From Balanoglossus misakiensis (Eukaryota; Animalia; Hemichordata), in NCBI GenBank assembly GCA_040954595.2, contig CM082582.2, forward strand, positions 13,552,327 through 13,616,326: a stretch of DNA of 64,000 bases. Reading direction: 5' to 3'. Under the pieces are notes generated by a model. It was not told the DNA's origin. It did no database searches and saw only the letters and a list, made by a program, of their open reading frames with translations. Shown here piece by piece: positions 1 through 18,500 of this stretch (positions are counted from its first letter, which is position 1; each line of letters begins with the position of its first letter). A program made the translations under genes and the position numbers.

Positions 1-149
1 TGTTCCTTTCTTTAGCTCTCCCAGTTTCCGTAGTTGTAATTCCTGTGTACTCTGACACTGTCTGAAGGTCACATGGGTATGGCCAGACAGGCTGCAATAT
101 CTCTGCTTAACATTTGTAACAAATTGGAATTGTTTATATATCCGTACAG

Positions 150-4715
<4,566 letters not shown>

Positions 4716-5119
4716 ATTTTTCTCGGTTTTGATGTAAATATTTTGTAAGTTTTGTGGCGATGGGGACACAAGTGTGGGTGCTAAGTTGAATAAAGATTTG
4801 CATCACAAATGACTGCAATATTGAAACCTTGAGTTGTACTTCCTTATTTGATGAACTCTATGAATTGGCATTTTGCAGCCTTGTGAAGTCCAAACAGCAC
4901 TGGGTAAAAATACACTGCTCATCATACATGCAGGTTTCATTCACTGGTGTCCAAACTTTGAAATGAGCACATTTCCTGTGTATTCATTCATGGTCACTCC
5001 ACACAATTGAGTCATTGTACTTGACAACTTCAAACTGGCCAATTGCTACCATCAGATTTATGAAAGAAAACTTCCATGGGATATGGATGTGCAAAAACAA
5101 AACTGAGTCTGTAGTTCTT

Positions 5120-6400
5120 GCGTCGATTCACATCGATGCGCCGGTTAGTATACTAGTAGGTTAAACCGTGTTAGCAGACTTTCAAACAAACTGTCGTGTG
5201 TGGTCGTCCCTGCCAAAGGAAATGAAAAGACCCGTAGGGAGGTTGGAGTGATTGCGAACAGAACACCAAGGGTCTGGCATTGTTTTTGAGACAGTCGGAC
5301 TCCACGCTTGGTTTTCAGCGAGATTGTAAACATTTCCCGTGATTCCACCAATCAGCAATCGATGTACGGAAATCAACCACATGAATAATTTATACGGTAA
5401 TTACCGTCTTCAATGCACTCTGGAAGAAAAGAATCCTGTCGACAGCTTGCTTGTACGCCAGGCTTTGACATCGGCGTGAGTTTTTGGACCACTGTAACGG
5501 TGTGATCGCCGACGAACTTTTTGCTAAGCGGTGTTGAAGTGTTCAGAGATAGGTTTGTGTCCCCAAATGTGAGCAATCTTGTTGGTGGAACTTTGGCGGA
5601 AAAAGAAAACTACCGCAAACTTTTTTGGGAATAACGAGAAGAAGGAACCCGATTGAAAGTGAGTAAAATGAATACACGAGTATTCAATTGCCAGTCGTGT
5701 GTTTTGTCTCGTTCAAAGCGTTTTCTGGTATGCCGATAGTCTACGAAACATTTGATAATTACATTTAGATTCTTTTCTACAAACTCGAGTATTCGACGTT
5801 TGCTTTGATTGTGACAGAACACAGTGTAAAACATTGTTTGGGAGTTGCGATCGGATCTGAGTGGTTGAAATTTTTCTACCTCCGTCGACCTTGCGTCTGG
5901 CTCGGTTTGTCACAATAGAACCGAAAAGGTTTTTATTTTATTGGAGGCGAAGGTATTATAACCTTTTTGCCTACCGTAACGAGCGTCAATTTTCGTCACC
6001 CACATTCCCTTACGGACGGCCATACCGTTTGGAATGTCAAGGGTTATTTCGCTTCTGTGAGTTTTGCAGACTGGTGCTTCCACCACGCGTGAATGAGATC
6101 ACAAAACTTTGTTAATTGAAACCATACAAGTGTGGAAAGAAATGGACAAGGGGGAAACCAAAATTTCCGTTCCCATGGAATTTGTCAGACATAAAAACGA
6201 TATGCAAAACCGCACAATATCGATGACATCCTGACTATCTTAATCAGGGGGAAAGTCGAGAAAGTACACTTGCAGACGGATTTGCTAAATGTTGTGCATG
6301 TATATGTACTCTGAAGCGAAATGGACGACAAGCAGGAACTGAGGTCAGCTTTATCAGAGCATCATCAACATGAACACCCACTGGCTATGGTTAAGTCTAT
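5120..6400. promoter_or_regulatory. CpG-rich island, probable promoter and 5' UTR exon(s) of twisted gastrulation
   Basis: CpG density rises abruptly relative to the flanks and there is no recognisable ORF. Several donor-like GTGAGT sites are present. The Tsg ATG exon opens with an acceptor (AG 9077-9078), so an upstream exon is needed. Confidence 0.5.
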
Positions 6401-9079
6401 CTATGTTCATGATTCTCAAAAGTCCCAATTGGAACAAACAACAACAGTGCTAATTCACCAATTAGCCCATCTATTACAGTAACCTTAATTGAGAAAACGT
6501 AGTAACATTGTTTATATTTTGTAACTTTATGGGCAATTATGCAAAACAGTATAGGGACCAGAGATGATATCTATTTAGCCAATTTGTCCATAAGCAACAA
6601 CATTCAGCCTATGAAAGCACATCTCACATTCTCAGACTACAAGGCACACATAAATGGTCTCCAGCATAGTTTTCCAAACAATTTTGCACCATGTTCAAAT
6701 TGCGTAAAAGTGGTTGTCATGACAACATGGATTCCATGCTGTGTGGAGTGGGTGTCTTGTTTCCAGTTCTTGCAAAGTCCATCGCTGCCACTATTTCCTC
6801 CCCACTCTCAAGAAAACAGACTGAAGCCACTGAGTTGGCCATTAGGTTTTGATAAACATGGCCATAGTTGAAATAGTTGTGTCCTTGTCAATTTTGTTAC
6901 TGTTTTACCTAATTGTTTGTGACACAAGACTAACCTGGAGGCCTTCAGAACTGAACATGTGAACACTTCTTGGGTGATTTTTGTTTACAAGTAAAACCAT
7001 TGCTCAGTATATTATCTGTATTTTCCTTGAATAAAAAAGGTGGGAAAAAACATCCAAAAGGGATCTCTATATTCAATTATACATTAAACTGTCAGGGTTT
7101 CAAACATTTCCTGATTGCCAAGTAACATGTTTGTCTAGAGATGGTCTATTCAGCATATTTTGATAAGCAGAATAATTAGCATGAACAAATATTCCCATGA
7201 AACAAACGTAAACAGAAAATAACAACATTAACCCTTTAATCTTCCCGCTTAGGGTTTAATGTTTTTGCATTACATATGTTTGATGTTACCCAGGCCCTGT
7301 CAGATGTAAACAAATGAATCAGACACATGGCGCACACATCACTAGTTGGGAAAACATTTGAGTTTTCAGTTCAAGAAGACAGGTCTGGCTGAAAATTTTG
7401 CTTTGCCAATATTATATTATTGTCACACAGTGATGTATAACTCATAGGTTGACACAAAGAAGGTTTTGTCCAGTTAGGGCCTTCCAAGTGAAAAACTTCA
7501 GCGTAAAAGACAACCTTCAGAAAGTAAAGAATTTTTATACGACCTGCTGCTTGTGATTTAGGAAGAACTTGTAACCTGCAGATTGCAAATCTTCTCGAGT
7601 AGGTTGGCTTGTCAAAGCTTCCTCAAGACAGATTGCCGATGGAGACACTGGAAAGGGGAACCCGTTGGGAAACACATTTTACTGGGAATTAGATTTGTGG
7701 AATGTAGTGCCAAGTTGGCAGAATGGAACATATGTAGAATGCTTGTCAGGTTCCTCTTATTATAAAGTTTTCTCAGAAAATGATTTATCTCAAATATTTT
7801 ATGAAATATTCTCATACTTTGTGTCCAAATCTCTTTCATTTGAATGTTGGCCGACAGTACTTCTAGAAATGACTTTTGTGAGAAACCTGTGCTTCCTGCC
7901 CAATGCCTGCTGGCGGCCATTTATGACAGATCATTGATAGTTTGCAGACACAGCTGTTGAGAAAGAAATGGGAGATATAACACCAAGGAATGACCTTTCA
8001 GACTTCCCACAAACATAAACTTCACATTGATGTATACTAACTACTTTACACAGTACCGGTAATATCATTTTACAGTGTCTGTAAGAGCTTTCCAAATCCT
8101 GCGTCAGGCACACAGACTCCTCATACCAGGAGTACAAATTGTATCATTGAAATAGAAAGCTTATTTTATAAGAAAAGTTCTTAATTGTGTTTTGTCCAAT
8201 CATGGTATTTGTGGACAGGTTATGTGAGTGGTTCATTTACTGCATGGCGACTCCTCATGCATGACTGAAATCCCCCCCCCCCCTTCCACTCCCACTGCAG
8301 GACTTTGACTCCACAATTGTCAGATTCCATTTATTTGTTCGGCTTGAGAAAGCTCCCCTGTAAATAGGCCCTTAGGCTTCCGAGTCTGAAAGGACAACAA
8401 CAAAGAGAGTAGCAGGCCTGTAATTGCAACGGATAAACCTCTACATTCACTGAATACTCTGCTCCACTTCAATAGAGTTCAATAGCACAGAATGCTGAAG
8501 GAAACATCAAATTGGTCGGAGAGCAATGCCAGCTGACTGACTGACGCCAGCCACCATCATTTGTGGTTGACAGATTACCTACTTATTAATAGCCAAATTC
8601 TGCCAAGTGGATTTTCAAAACAAATCAGGCACAAGTTGTGTCCAGAGTGGAATGTGACAAAATACAACATGGCACTTTCATCAAATGACACAAGAGGAAA
8701 GAAAACTCTAATTGTTTAATAGTTTTCAGCAAATTTGAAAACAATTTACGGGTGACTCACAATTACAGACTCACTTAAAGAAGGACATTGAATAGTTCCT
8801 CTCCAATCATTGTAACATTTGGGAGTTGAAAGATTCAACATTGGCCTGATTAGTTGAGATTGCTCAATTCAGTCTTTTGCTTGGTTGGGACATGTGATAG
8901 TCACACCAGATCATTTTGTCATGAATGATTGCATGGATGAATCAATCACCAATCAAGTCATAATATATTGCTGATCAAATTACTAGTTACTTTTTCTACC
9001 ATGTGTGAAACTAAATTGTACTTTTAGTGATAAAGAATAACTGCATGAATTTTGTTTGTGTTTTTACCCCCAACCCAGA

Positions 9080-10015
9080 ATGAAGAATTGCCTGTACCCG
9101 TTGCTGATCACAGCCGTAGCAGTGTGTTATACCATTTATCTCGTACATGCATGTAACGAAGCGCTGTGTGCCAGCGATGTGTCTCGCTGCCAACTCATGG
9201 AATCATGCAACTGCAAAATTAACAACTATACGTGTAGTGCCAACTGTTCACGATGTCTTTCTTCACTCTGGTCAGAATGCTGTGATTGTGTTGGTAAGTT
9301 CTACGATTTACATTTGCATTTTTATCTATCAAAATCCATTCTCAGACATAATAAGAAGGGGGTTTCAATCCTGATCGTTAAATTCAGTCTCTCGGGGTTA
9401 TTTTTCACTGCAGGATTATGCAAACCAAAGAACAACTCACACAAGTCCTACGCCTCTAAAAGTTCAGTTGAGGATCTGAGGGAGCTCTCGATTCCATCGT
9501 TATTTGACGCTCTGACAGAAGATGGATATGATGATTATGCCGACAGATGGAAGGTTGTGAGGATCCCACATATCTATGAAACCATTCATGCCTACAAACC
9601 GTACAATAAAGGTAAAAATACTCAAAATAGCCGTATAAACTGGTCTTACATTTATGTCGTCAGTTTTGTGGGCAGTGACAAGAATTATCTCACTGTAATC
9701 CCGACAGATGTAAAGTACAAAATACTCATTCAGAATAACATTTAAGAAAATCAATAGGCCATACTAACATAATAAAAATGATGTATGTATTTTTAATTTT
9801 TTACAGATGAAGAACTTTTGATGAATTCCACACTCAGTGGTACCTGCACCGTGGCATACCTTCATCAGTGTCTCTCCATCGATAAGTGTGAACTGTCCTG
9901 CATATCTATGGGCGCATCAGCGTATCGCTGGTTTCATACAAACTGTTGTGAATGTGTCGGTCATACCTGCCTTAGTTATGGACTAAATGAACCAATGTGT
10001 GTCAAGTGTCAATGA
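9080..10015 (+). CDS. TWSG1: Twisted gastrulation (secreted BMP modulator), about 206 aa
   Basis: Exons 9080-9293, 9414-9611, 9807-10015. Signal peptide followed by CNEALCASDVSRC...ECCDCVGLC, SSVEDL..SIPSLFDALTE and the C-terminal domain CTVAYLHQCLSIDKCELSCISMGASAYRWFHTNCCECVG. AATAAA at 10808. Confidence 0.95.
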
Positions 10016-12571
10016 ACAAGGTCAGAGTTCATCCTATGGACAGAAAGAACCAAATATGGAAAGTACTTTTAAGTTGCTATGGTAACAACACCTGTAAAAG
10101 GCATCATGGGTTTACACAATTGCAATGTCTTGTCTGGTCAGTGGATGGCTGACAGGAATATACTTGCAAGTTTTATAATTATGTACTTCTGTGTCTAGAT
10201 TTCCTCAACAAAGACTTGAGGCAGTATGTATATGCTATTATTTTTATTTGCCATACTATTTTTACCTTTGGAAATTTTCACCCTTGTTCCCAGTTAATAA
10301 TTTATATGAAAATAACAATTTGTGATGTGGAATGGAGGGATCTTGCCACAAATTAAAACTTTTAAGTAAAATTGTTTCTCCCTCAAGTGCACCCTTCTTT
10401 ATATAATAAACCAGGACTTTGTGAATAAGGTGGGCAATGGGTGAACAGCTTTCTATAAACTTTGTTTCTTTCTATTTACTCTTTACACTGTAAGACTTTG
10501 GTCAGTCTAAACATTTGGAAAATGTGCTTGTAATTTCAGGGGGTTGAATGGTTACGACTTTCATATGTTAAATTGAGAAAGACCACAAATAGTCTTCTAT
10601 ATTTTTCTTGGAGGGACACTTTGCTTGCGTTGGTCTTTTTTGTTCGTAGACATGGATATTTGACACAGTTGAAATTTGGACATTTTGCCTTAACAGTAAA
10701 TCTTGAGTTTGGTTTAATGTCAGTTGCGTATTGTAACAAATCAGCAAGTTTAGTTTCACTTGTAGAAACAGTAGTGTTAAGTTTGTATATCTTGAATTTT
10801 ATGCCTCAATAAACATTTTTATATTCCTTTCACTCAAAAGGTGAAGACTGTTTTGATCTCTGTTCTTGTTTACATGTGTGTCACAGATGGTAGATACTTT
10901 AAACACAGTCGGGCGTTCAACATGCATTTTCTGCACCATTTCAAACAAAAACTGCCCTTACAACAAGTGAGATGGTGTTCATTGTCAACAATTATGTAGT
11001 TGTAAATATCCTTTATTTCTGGAGAAAGAGGTTTTACATTTTGCATACTTTGATGTTATCTTTTAATCTTAAGGTTTGACTGTAGTAACAAAGCAATACT
11101 TGAAAATTAAATGTTACTCTGACACAAAATGCAGCATGATCTTCAGCATCTATTCAACAAAAATCCACAACACAATTTAAATTATTTCATTACAGCTAAT
11201 ATAAAATTTAAATAATACTTTGGGATTATATGTGACCATATTTTTATTATTTTAAACAGAAGTTGGATTTCTGATGTGATTTTTTTCCTTCCCTTTTGAA
11301 GACAAATCTCTGAAAGTTGGCTATACAATGTATTTCTATCTGCAGAAGTGTTTCATACGAGCCATCAATTATGAGATTTTCACAATATGGCAAACTTTAA
11401 GTTTCACCTGCAGATAGAAGGATTAGTGGCACAATCACTTGGCAGCTTTTCACAGGAACCCTTTACATAATTCCAAGCCCCCTAAACTTTATGGGATGGA
11501 AAACATGAAATACAAGTGTTTTTTTTCTAAGATTAACTCGGTTATAGTGACTTCTTTGAAACTGAGTACTTTTTTCTTGTCTATGCTCACAAACTCAAAA
11601 GTTAGTTTTTAAAAAAGAAATAAAAACAAACACTAAAAACAAAAAATAGATGTAAATATAACAAAAAATTAAAACAGGCTTGAATTCATTGTAATGTTTC
11701 TAAATATCAACATAATATAAATAAAACAATAATAAAAAATATCAGTAACATCTCTGCCAAGCTTTAAATTTAATTTCCATATTAATAATTCCCCAGGTTA
11801 GACATGACGGCGAGTATGAGACACCATACTAGGAAGTAGTTTTTTCTAGGACGGCCACTTGGTGGCGCTTTCCAACTGCCATGGTCCTCTTTCAGTCCAC
11901 TCCCATTTATTAATTCTTTCACAATAAATGTTTATTAATTTAGTTTTTACCACTGATGTCTTAATTCCCAACAGTACTAGTATCAGCTGGCAACATTCAT
12001 ATATCTTTTGGGGGATAGATATCAAAGGATTTAAAATTGCTAGTTGCCAAGAAGAATTTCTAAAATGAATGAAAATGCAAAGAAGTTTCTTTGAAGACAA
12101 AAAAGAAAATGAAAGCATGCAAACTGAATGGACATGGTTGTTCAGTGCAGATTGCAACAGAAACAACTTAATATGCAAAGGAAGTTTCATTTGACCACTG
12201 TGCATAAAAATTCCTTGAAGTTAAAGAATCATGTACGAGACAGCTGTCCATGTCCTGTCATGGATAAGGCATTAAATCTGCACGTAAAGATTAATCTACA
12301 TATTGGCTTCATCATCTCCCAAAGCAACAAAACTGGAATTATTTCTCATAAAAACAAAACTGAAATTAATCTATTCATTACAACTGCTCTGATGACACCA
12401 TCATTCTGCATTGTCAAAGTCATTCCTGTTTTGTGAAAAAGACCATTAATGCATATATTTTTTTAATTTCCGGTCCACATCACCATGGTTACTAGAGAGA
12501 GCGACAGGCTTATATTCTCAGGTAACAATTTTTCTTGGCACTTTATGGTCCACCCAAGGATAGACACCACT

Positions 12572-15500
12572 CTAGGATTGGTAGTTGTGTACATTTATGG
12601 CAAACCTCCTGTCTAGTTTTTGGTGCCCTGTTGAAGGCTGATTGGATGGTGTGTTGTGTCGGTAGATCAACGGGGATGGAGGTGTGTTGTTGCTGATGTG
12701 TGCAGAGGTAGTTTGATTGGACCAGACTGGCGTACCATGTGACATTGGATCGCCCCAATGTGCAGCCAGGCTTGGATGAATTCCAAGGTGATCATGTGAC
12801 ACCATATCTAGATTGGGATTGGACATTGGAAACGGTGGCACTTTGCTTGGAGGCCCTCTTTGCCAAAGCAACTTTGGTGGCCAAGTTTTTGTAGTCTTGC
12901 TTTCCTAGTAATTAAAGAATAGCAAGTTGTAAGTACTCATTGACTAAATCTACGTCATCTGTAGTTTCCCTCCACCTCTGCCCACATACGAAAATTTCAA
13001 TACAGTTAAGTTTACTACAACTATAGATTGTCCAGAAAGTCCATCAGACACCAACCATGTTCCTGACCTATGCCTAAATTGTTCAGATATGACTAGTGAT
13101 TAGCATATAGAGCTCCAACACCTGGAAGTTGTGTAACAGCCACTCAGAGTTATCCACAAGTAAACAAATTTTATATTTTTAGCAAATGGTGGTTTCTTCA
13201 TTATCTGCCTCTTTATCTTTTGCTCTCAGAGGCACAGACCAGTCGAACCCACCCTTGTCGAGTCATGCTTGGTTGTAGTATCCTTCTGTATTGCTAAATA
13301 TGTGTAAACTCAACCGAAACATAAAAGGGGCCCATCCATCTTCAAACTAAAAATATTTTTCTTTCTCAACTCCAAACTTTCTTGCATGCAAACTCGAAAA
13401 AGAGAAATTTAACATCTTACCATCATCACATCCAAAAATTTGATATGATCATCTTCCTTCTCATGTTCTCCACCACTACTGTGTCTCCTAGAAACAAGAT
13501 GAAATTACGCCCTGTAGTGAGTATCGATTATCAAATGACAAAACATGTAAAGTGAGCCCAGGACTCTTTCACAATGCATGGTTTGAAAATAAGACACTCT
13601 GATGGATAAATAAGTTCACTGTTCAAGTTTATAAGAAGCGTATGTATATTACCTCCTGTTAATAGCTGCAACTAAGTCTGGACCTGCCAATCCTAGTCCC
13701 ATACTGAAGACATTCTCACCATTATTGGAGGAGGAATCATCACTAGAACTGCCCGAGTCTTGGCCACCACTGCCCCCACCACCGCCACTGGTACCACCAA
13801 CAGCTGACCAGTTCAAACTAGGAGTATCAAACAAGAAAAAGGGTGAAGTAAAACTAACTGACCAATTTGACATTGAGATAAAAATGTCACTAAAGAGGGC
13901 AACAGCACACACCTATAGTCGTCCATAATATAAACATTTATTTAGTCAACATACTTTTCATTGGGATTTGCCTCCTGTGCTGGCCAACTCCTGTTCAGTC
14001 TGGAATCAGGCATCCCCCACGATTGGCCACCACCAACTTGTGACATGTTGCTATAGTGACTGACATGTCCACGTCCTCTCCGCCCAGGTATATTCGTTTC
14101 CAGGTACTTGGCAAACTCTGGATCATAACCTTGGTAACTCATCATGCCAGATCCTCTAGTTCCAGTACTGTCCGTACTGGTTGACCATGTTGCAGATGAT
14201 GCTGACGAAGATCCAGTGTTGCGGTCCACTGTTTCGCTTTCTACAAAGCATGGGTTGAAGTTGTCGTATCTGGTGTTGTCCACAGTGTGCCAGCTGCCAG
14301 CACCACCCATGTTTGTGTTCTGTTTGTTTGGTCTGGCCGGCCCTGACAATAAATCAATCACGTCTTGGACCTGTTCTTCCGATGCCTTCCAAGGTTTAAA
14401 TAGATGTTTGGATGCAGGGTAGGAATTCCCTATCACACCTGGAGGTAAAAAACACAGTCAATCAGTTAATTATACATTTCAGTCTACCAAGTTATCGTAC
14501 AAGTGTATCATGGTGTCATTTAGGGCAGGTATTTGTCTTTCATGTCAAGACCAGTTTTTCCGACATGGTCATCCACCAGCCTGTGATCATAGTGGTAAAC
14601 TTTCTCAACAGTTTTTACCTGGCTTGGCATTTGTGTTGCTTTCTTGTAAATTTTCTTCATCTGGACCAGAATCTGTTGTTGTTATGGTGACGGTAGGATT
14701 GCCTGGCGACATTTCAGTCTGTACAGTGTCTGGTTTGTTGGTCCAAGCTGAACTCCCTAAGTTTTTGCTGTTTTGTTCTGTCACTTTGCCATCAAGGCAG
14801 CAATCTGATTGGCTGCTAGGGTCAGTGTCTTTATCCTGATTGGTTGTTCTGGAGCAACCACTTTGCTGGGATGACTCGCCACAGAAAGCACCCTTTCTGG
14901 TTGGACTGCTGGTTGGGGTTGTTTTGCGACTGAATTTTGATGTCAGTTTTGTGAAGGTTTTGCGAAGTCCACTAGTTGGTGATTCTGGCGAGTCTTGAGG
15001 CTGGCCGGCAGCCTGAGACGAATGGATACCCATAATGCTCTTTGGCAGTGGCAAAGGTTTAACAGCACGCTCAAATGGTTTAAACGATGGCTCATTTGTG
15101 TTCTTGCATAGTTTGACACTGATTGTTGGTAGATCTTGCATCCTTTGTGAGAAAATGAGGAAAAAGATTCCATGCATTACTCAAATATATGCAACTATCA
15201 GAATACCTATCAGTTGGACTCATGAAAACGAACTAGCAACCACATTGATATTTTACCTTTTCTTTAAGAAATTATCAGGCCCTTACAGCAATACACATGA
15301 CCTTTGATCTCTGACCTCATGTACTGAACTTTGACCCAATGTCATGACCTCTCACCTTCCCTCACTCCAAGCAATCAAATCAATCTTCGCAGTGTATACC
15401 ACTTCCACTGAGGCCAACTTCTCCTTGATGTCATGTGACTCAACATGGAGTTCTTCAACCAGCCACCACAGGGTGGGAACCTCCAAGACGATCACAGAAC

Positions 15501-18500
15501 CATTGACGGAAAGCTGTGCATAACGTTGCAAGTCACCAACCAAGGGTGCACTCTCAACTGAAACCTGTAATGTACGGATATGATATTGAATTTCTGTGAC
15601 ATTTATCCAGCACCAATAAAGATTACAATCACCTCTATTTACATATAAGGGCGTGTCCAGTCTTTTAATGACCATGAGGTGATGATTGGTATTTCCGAGG
15701 TCATATCTTGCTCAGGAATGACAGTTTCAGTCAAACAAGCACCACTGAAAATGTGAAGCTTATTCTGACATCACCCATCTTAGTAATGGTAGTTCAACTC
15801 ACCAGATTTGTATTAGCATAGACTATTTGTACGGCTATCTGACTTGCCCTGTGAGATACAGACGGACACATTTCACTCAGCACACACAAAGCTATGTCTT
15901 CCACAGCTAAATCAAGACCCAACTGGTTTGATATATTCCTGACAAATCTGCAGATACCATCCTGTAAGGCACATAGAAGAAAATAGGAGATAAGGTTGGA
16001 GTCAGTACAAGTACGTGTGTCTATGCTTGTTTATCTGTTCATTGACTGCAGCAATTTTAAAATAGATTTTATGTGATGTTACATTCTTACCAGTTTATAA
16101 GTAAAGTTTTCAGTTTCCTTGTCTTTGCTAGTTGAAGCCCTAAGAAGAGTTCCTTCACACTGCACAGCAGTGTTCCAAATTTCCTTTTGCACTAGACTTT
16201 TCCATTCATCAAGAGACAATTCGTTTGATTGGCTCTTGTACAGTTTATGGAGAACTTGTTTTGTCAAAGGTTTTGATTGGCTGCCAGCAGCCTCTATTTC
16301 ATTATCATTGCAGCATCCTTTCAGGACCAGAGCAAGGCATTGTGGGTACAACATGAAGCCACCAATGAGGGTTTGTTCTTGTATGGGTATTCCTGATAAC
16401 TCATATTTGTATCTCTGAAAATGTCAAGAAGAGGTCAGATTAGAAAATGCATGTAAAAGAGCAAAACAATCCATCCTGGGCGTTTCTAACAAATGCCGGG
16501 GTATTATATTGGAGTAAAGTATACCACAAAACAATCAGCAGTGTCTGAGTAACAGCTTCTGACATGCAAGATCTGTAATTCATTCATGGAGACTAAAAGG
16601 AGTGACTACAGCCTGAGGACAAATCTAAATGAGGTATACCTGTACACATGCATCATATTTCATTTTGACTTCAACAACTTTGGGTTCAGGATCAGTGTTG
16701 TCTTGGTTTACAACCAATAATTGGACTTCGTCACTTGACACTCGTACACCCCGTCGTAGAATACTAGTATTCTGTCAAAGACAAAAAAACACCTCCAAAC
16801 TCAAATATATGGTAAAAATAGCTTTGGATAGTCTACTGTCAGAGTTGGTGTATTTTGTGACTCAAGGACAACGTTGCCATTGGCAGAACAGGTCACAGAT
16901 TGATAGCAAACTGCCATGAGTCATACAAGCACATCTTTTTTTACGTGTCACCTTTCTGCCCTATAATGCCCACACACACAAAGTTCTCATTGTGTAACTC
17001 AAACCACTATGTGCTGTAGGGGTGGGCAGGAATGATAGACATGAAAGAATGTTTTGCGAGATTTGAGTTGTTTTGTTACCTGTGAGGCAGCTAACCAGGA
17101 ATGACAGACATCCTTCATGGTGGGATTATCTTCATATTCCTGAATGATGTCAATGATATCGTTGTATTTACTGAGTGGTGCCATCATCTCCATGGCAGTG
17201 CTGAAAAACTGGATCTGTGTCTGCAGCATGCACAGGAAACACTTAGCAAGAACCTATTAAGAGAAGACGTGAAAACGTGTGATTATTGAGGAGTTGTGTG
17301 TGATGCGTGAATGAGAGATAAATGAATACATCTAAACAGTGAAATGAAAATATCACGTTCTAAATGAGGCGAGGCCAAGGCTAGAGCCAATTCAGCAGAT
17401 CATTCTCCACTTTATGCGTGGAGAGAGTCATCTGCCTTCAATTCAGAGCACATAAAGTCAGCTCTTTCTATAACCCACTGAGGTAATCAATCTTGTCATT
17501 CATGTTGATCACAGCCATGCATGTAAAGTCAGTAGTTCAGATGGATGACATCAGCTGTTTTGCATCTCCTTGAAATATTGAACGGTTTAAAAAAGAAGGA
17601 AATGATTGATAAATACACATGAAGGCTTTACGGCACACTTTAAACAGTACTGCATCACAGTGACCCTATTACATGTAATTGATCAAATTTTGAACCCAAT
17701 TAAACTTACATGGGGAAAGGTGACTGACTTGAATTTGATTAATGAGGTGAACTATGTTTCATGAGGAAGGAAGCTCATCTGTCAACAGTATAGATGAAGT
17801 CTTGTCTGATATGTTTAGTTTAGTGCCATTTTGTTGGGGTAATATTAACTGACATTTTAATATTCACAACTGACAGACTAGGTATCCATGTTGACAAATG
17901 TTATCTATAACAGAAAAACACAAAATGTGCAAACTAGGCAACAATGACCCCACCTTAGTTACTGATGCTTGAAATTGAAGAGTTTTGTGTTTTGGAATTA
18001 AAACCTCGTGGGAATTTCGTTCAAACACATAACACAGTAAATTGTGATTAAAATTAACTAATATTGGTTTCAGTTGGATACCTATACATTTAATGGGAAC
18101 AGGTGTATGACTGGCTTTATTTCCCACTGGGATCGTACACTCACTTTTCATAGGAAAACACATAACTGATCAAACTTGTTTAACATGCACAACTATTATT
18201 ATTACAACACAATCAGCCTTCACAAAAACACCTGTCTTTACAAAACACAGATGGGACAGGTTAAATTCCTCATTCAGCAGAAATCGATTTTTCAGTGTAG
18301 TTTCTACATGACAAGAGAATGAGCAACAGAGGCCGTTGATTTCAGCAGTTTTTTTACCAAATAAATGGGCTCATACAATGAAATAATAGGATATTAATTC
18401 ATGGTAGAAGTCATGAAAACAGCTAAGGAGAATAAAACTTATCATTTACCAAAAACAAAATCAGAAACATTGCAAAGTTTGACAAAAGAGACTGTTAATG

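Noticed and set aside
7575-7937. 120-codon open frame upstream of Tsg
   Set aside because: No recognisable domain or convincing start and splice context; probably a chance ORF in the Tsg 5' intron.
11006-11014. ATATCCTTT resembling an AT-AC U12 donor
   Set aside because: Lies beyond the Tsg poly(A) signal with no matching branch site, AC acceptor or exon.
16415-16639. GARRE1 intron with donor GTATACCT and TTCTTGAC near the acceptor, a possible degenerate U12 intron
   Set aside because: The donor misses the near-invariant TCC core and the acceptor is a normal TTTTCAG; treated as U2.
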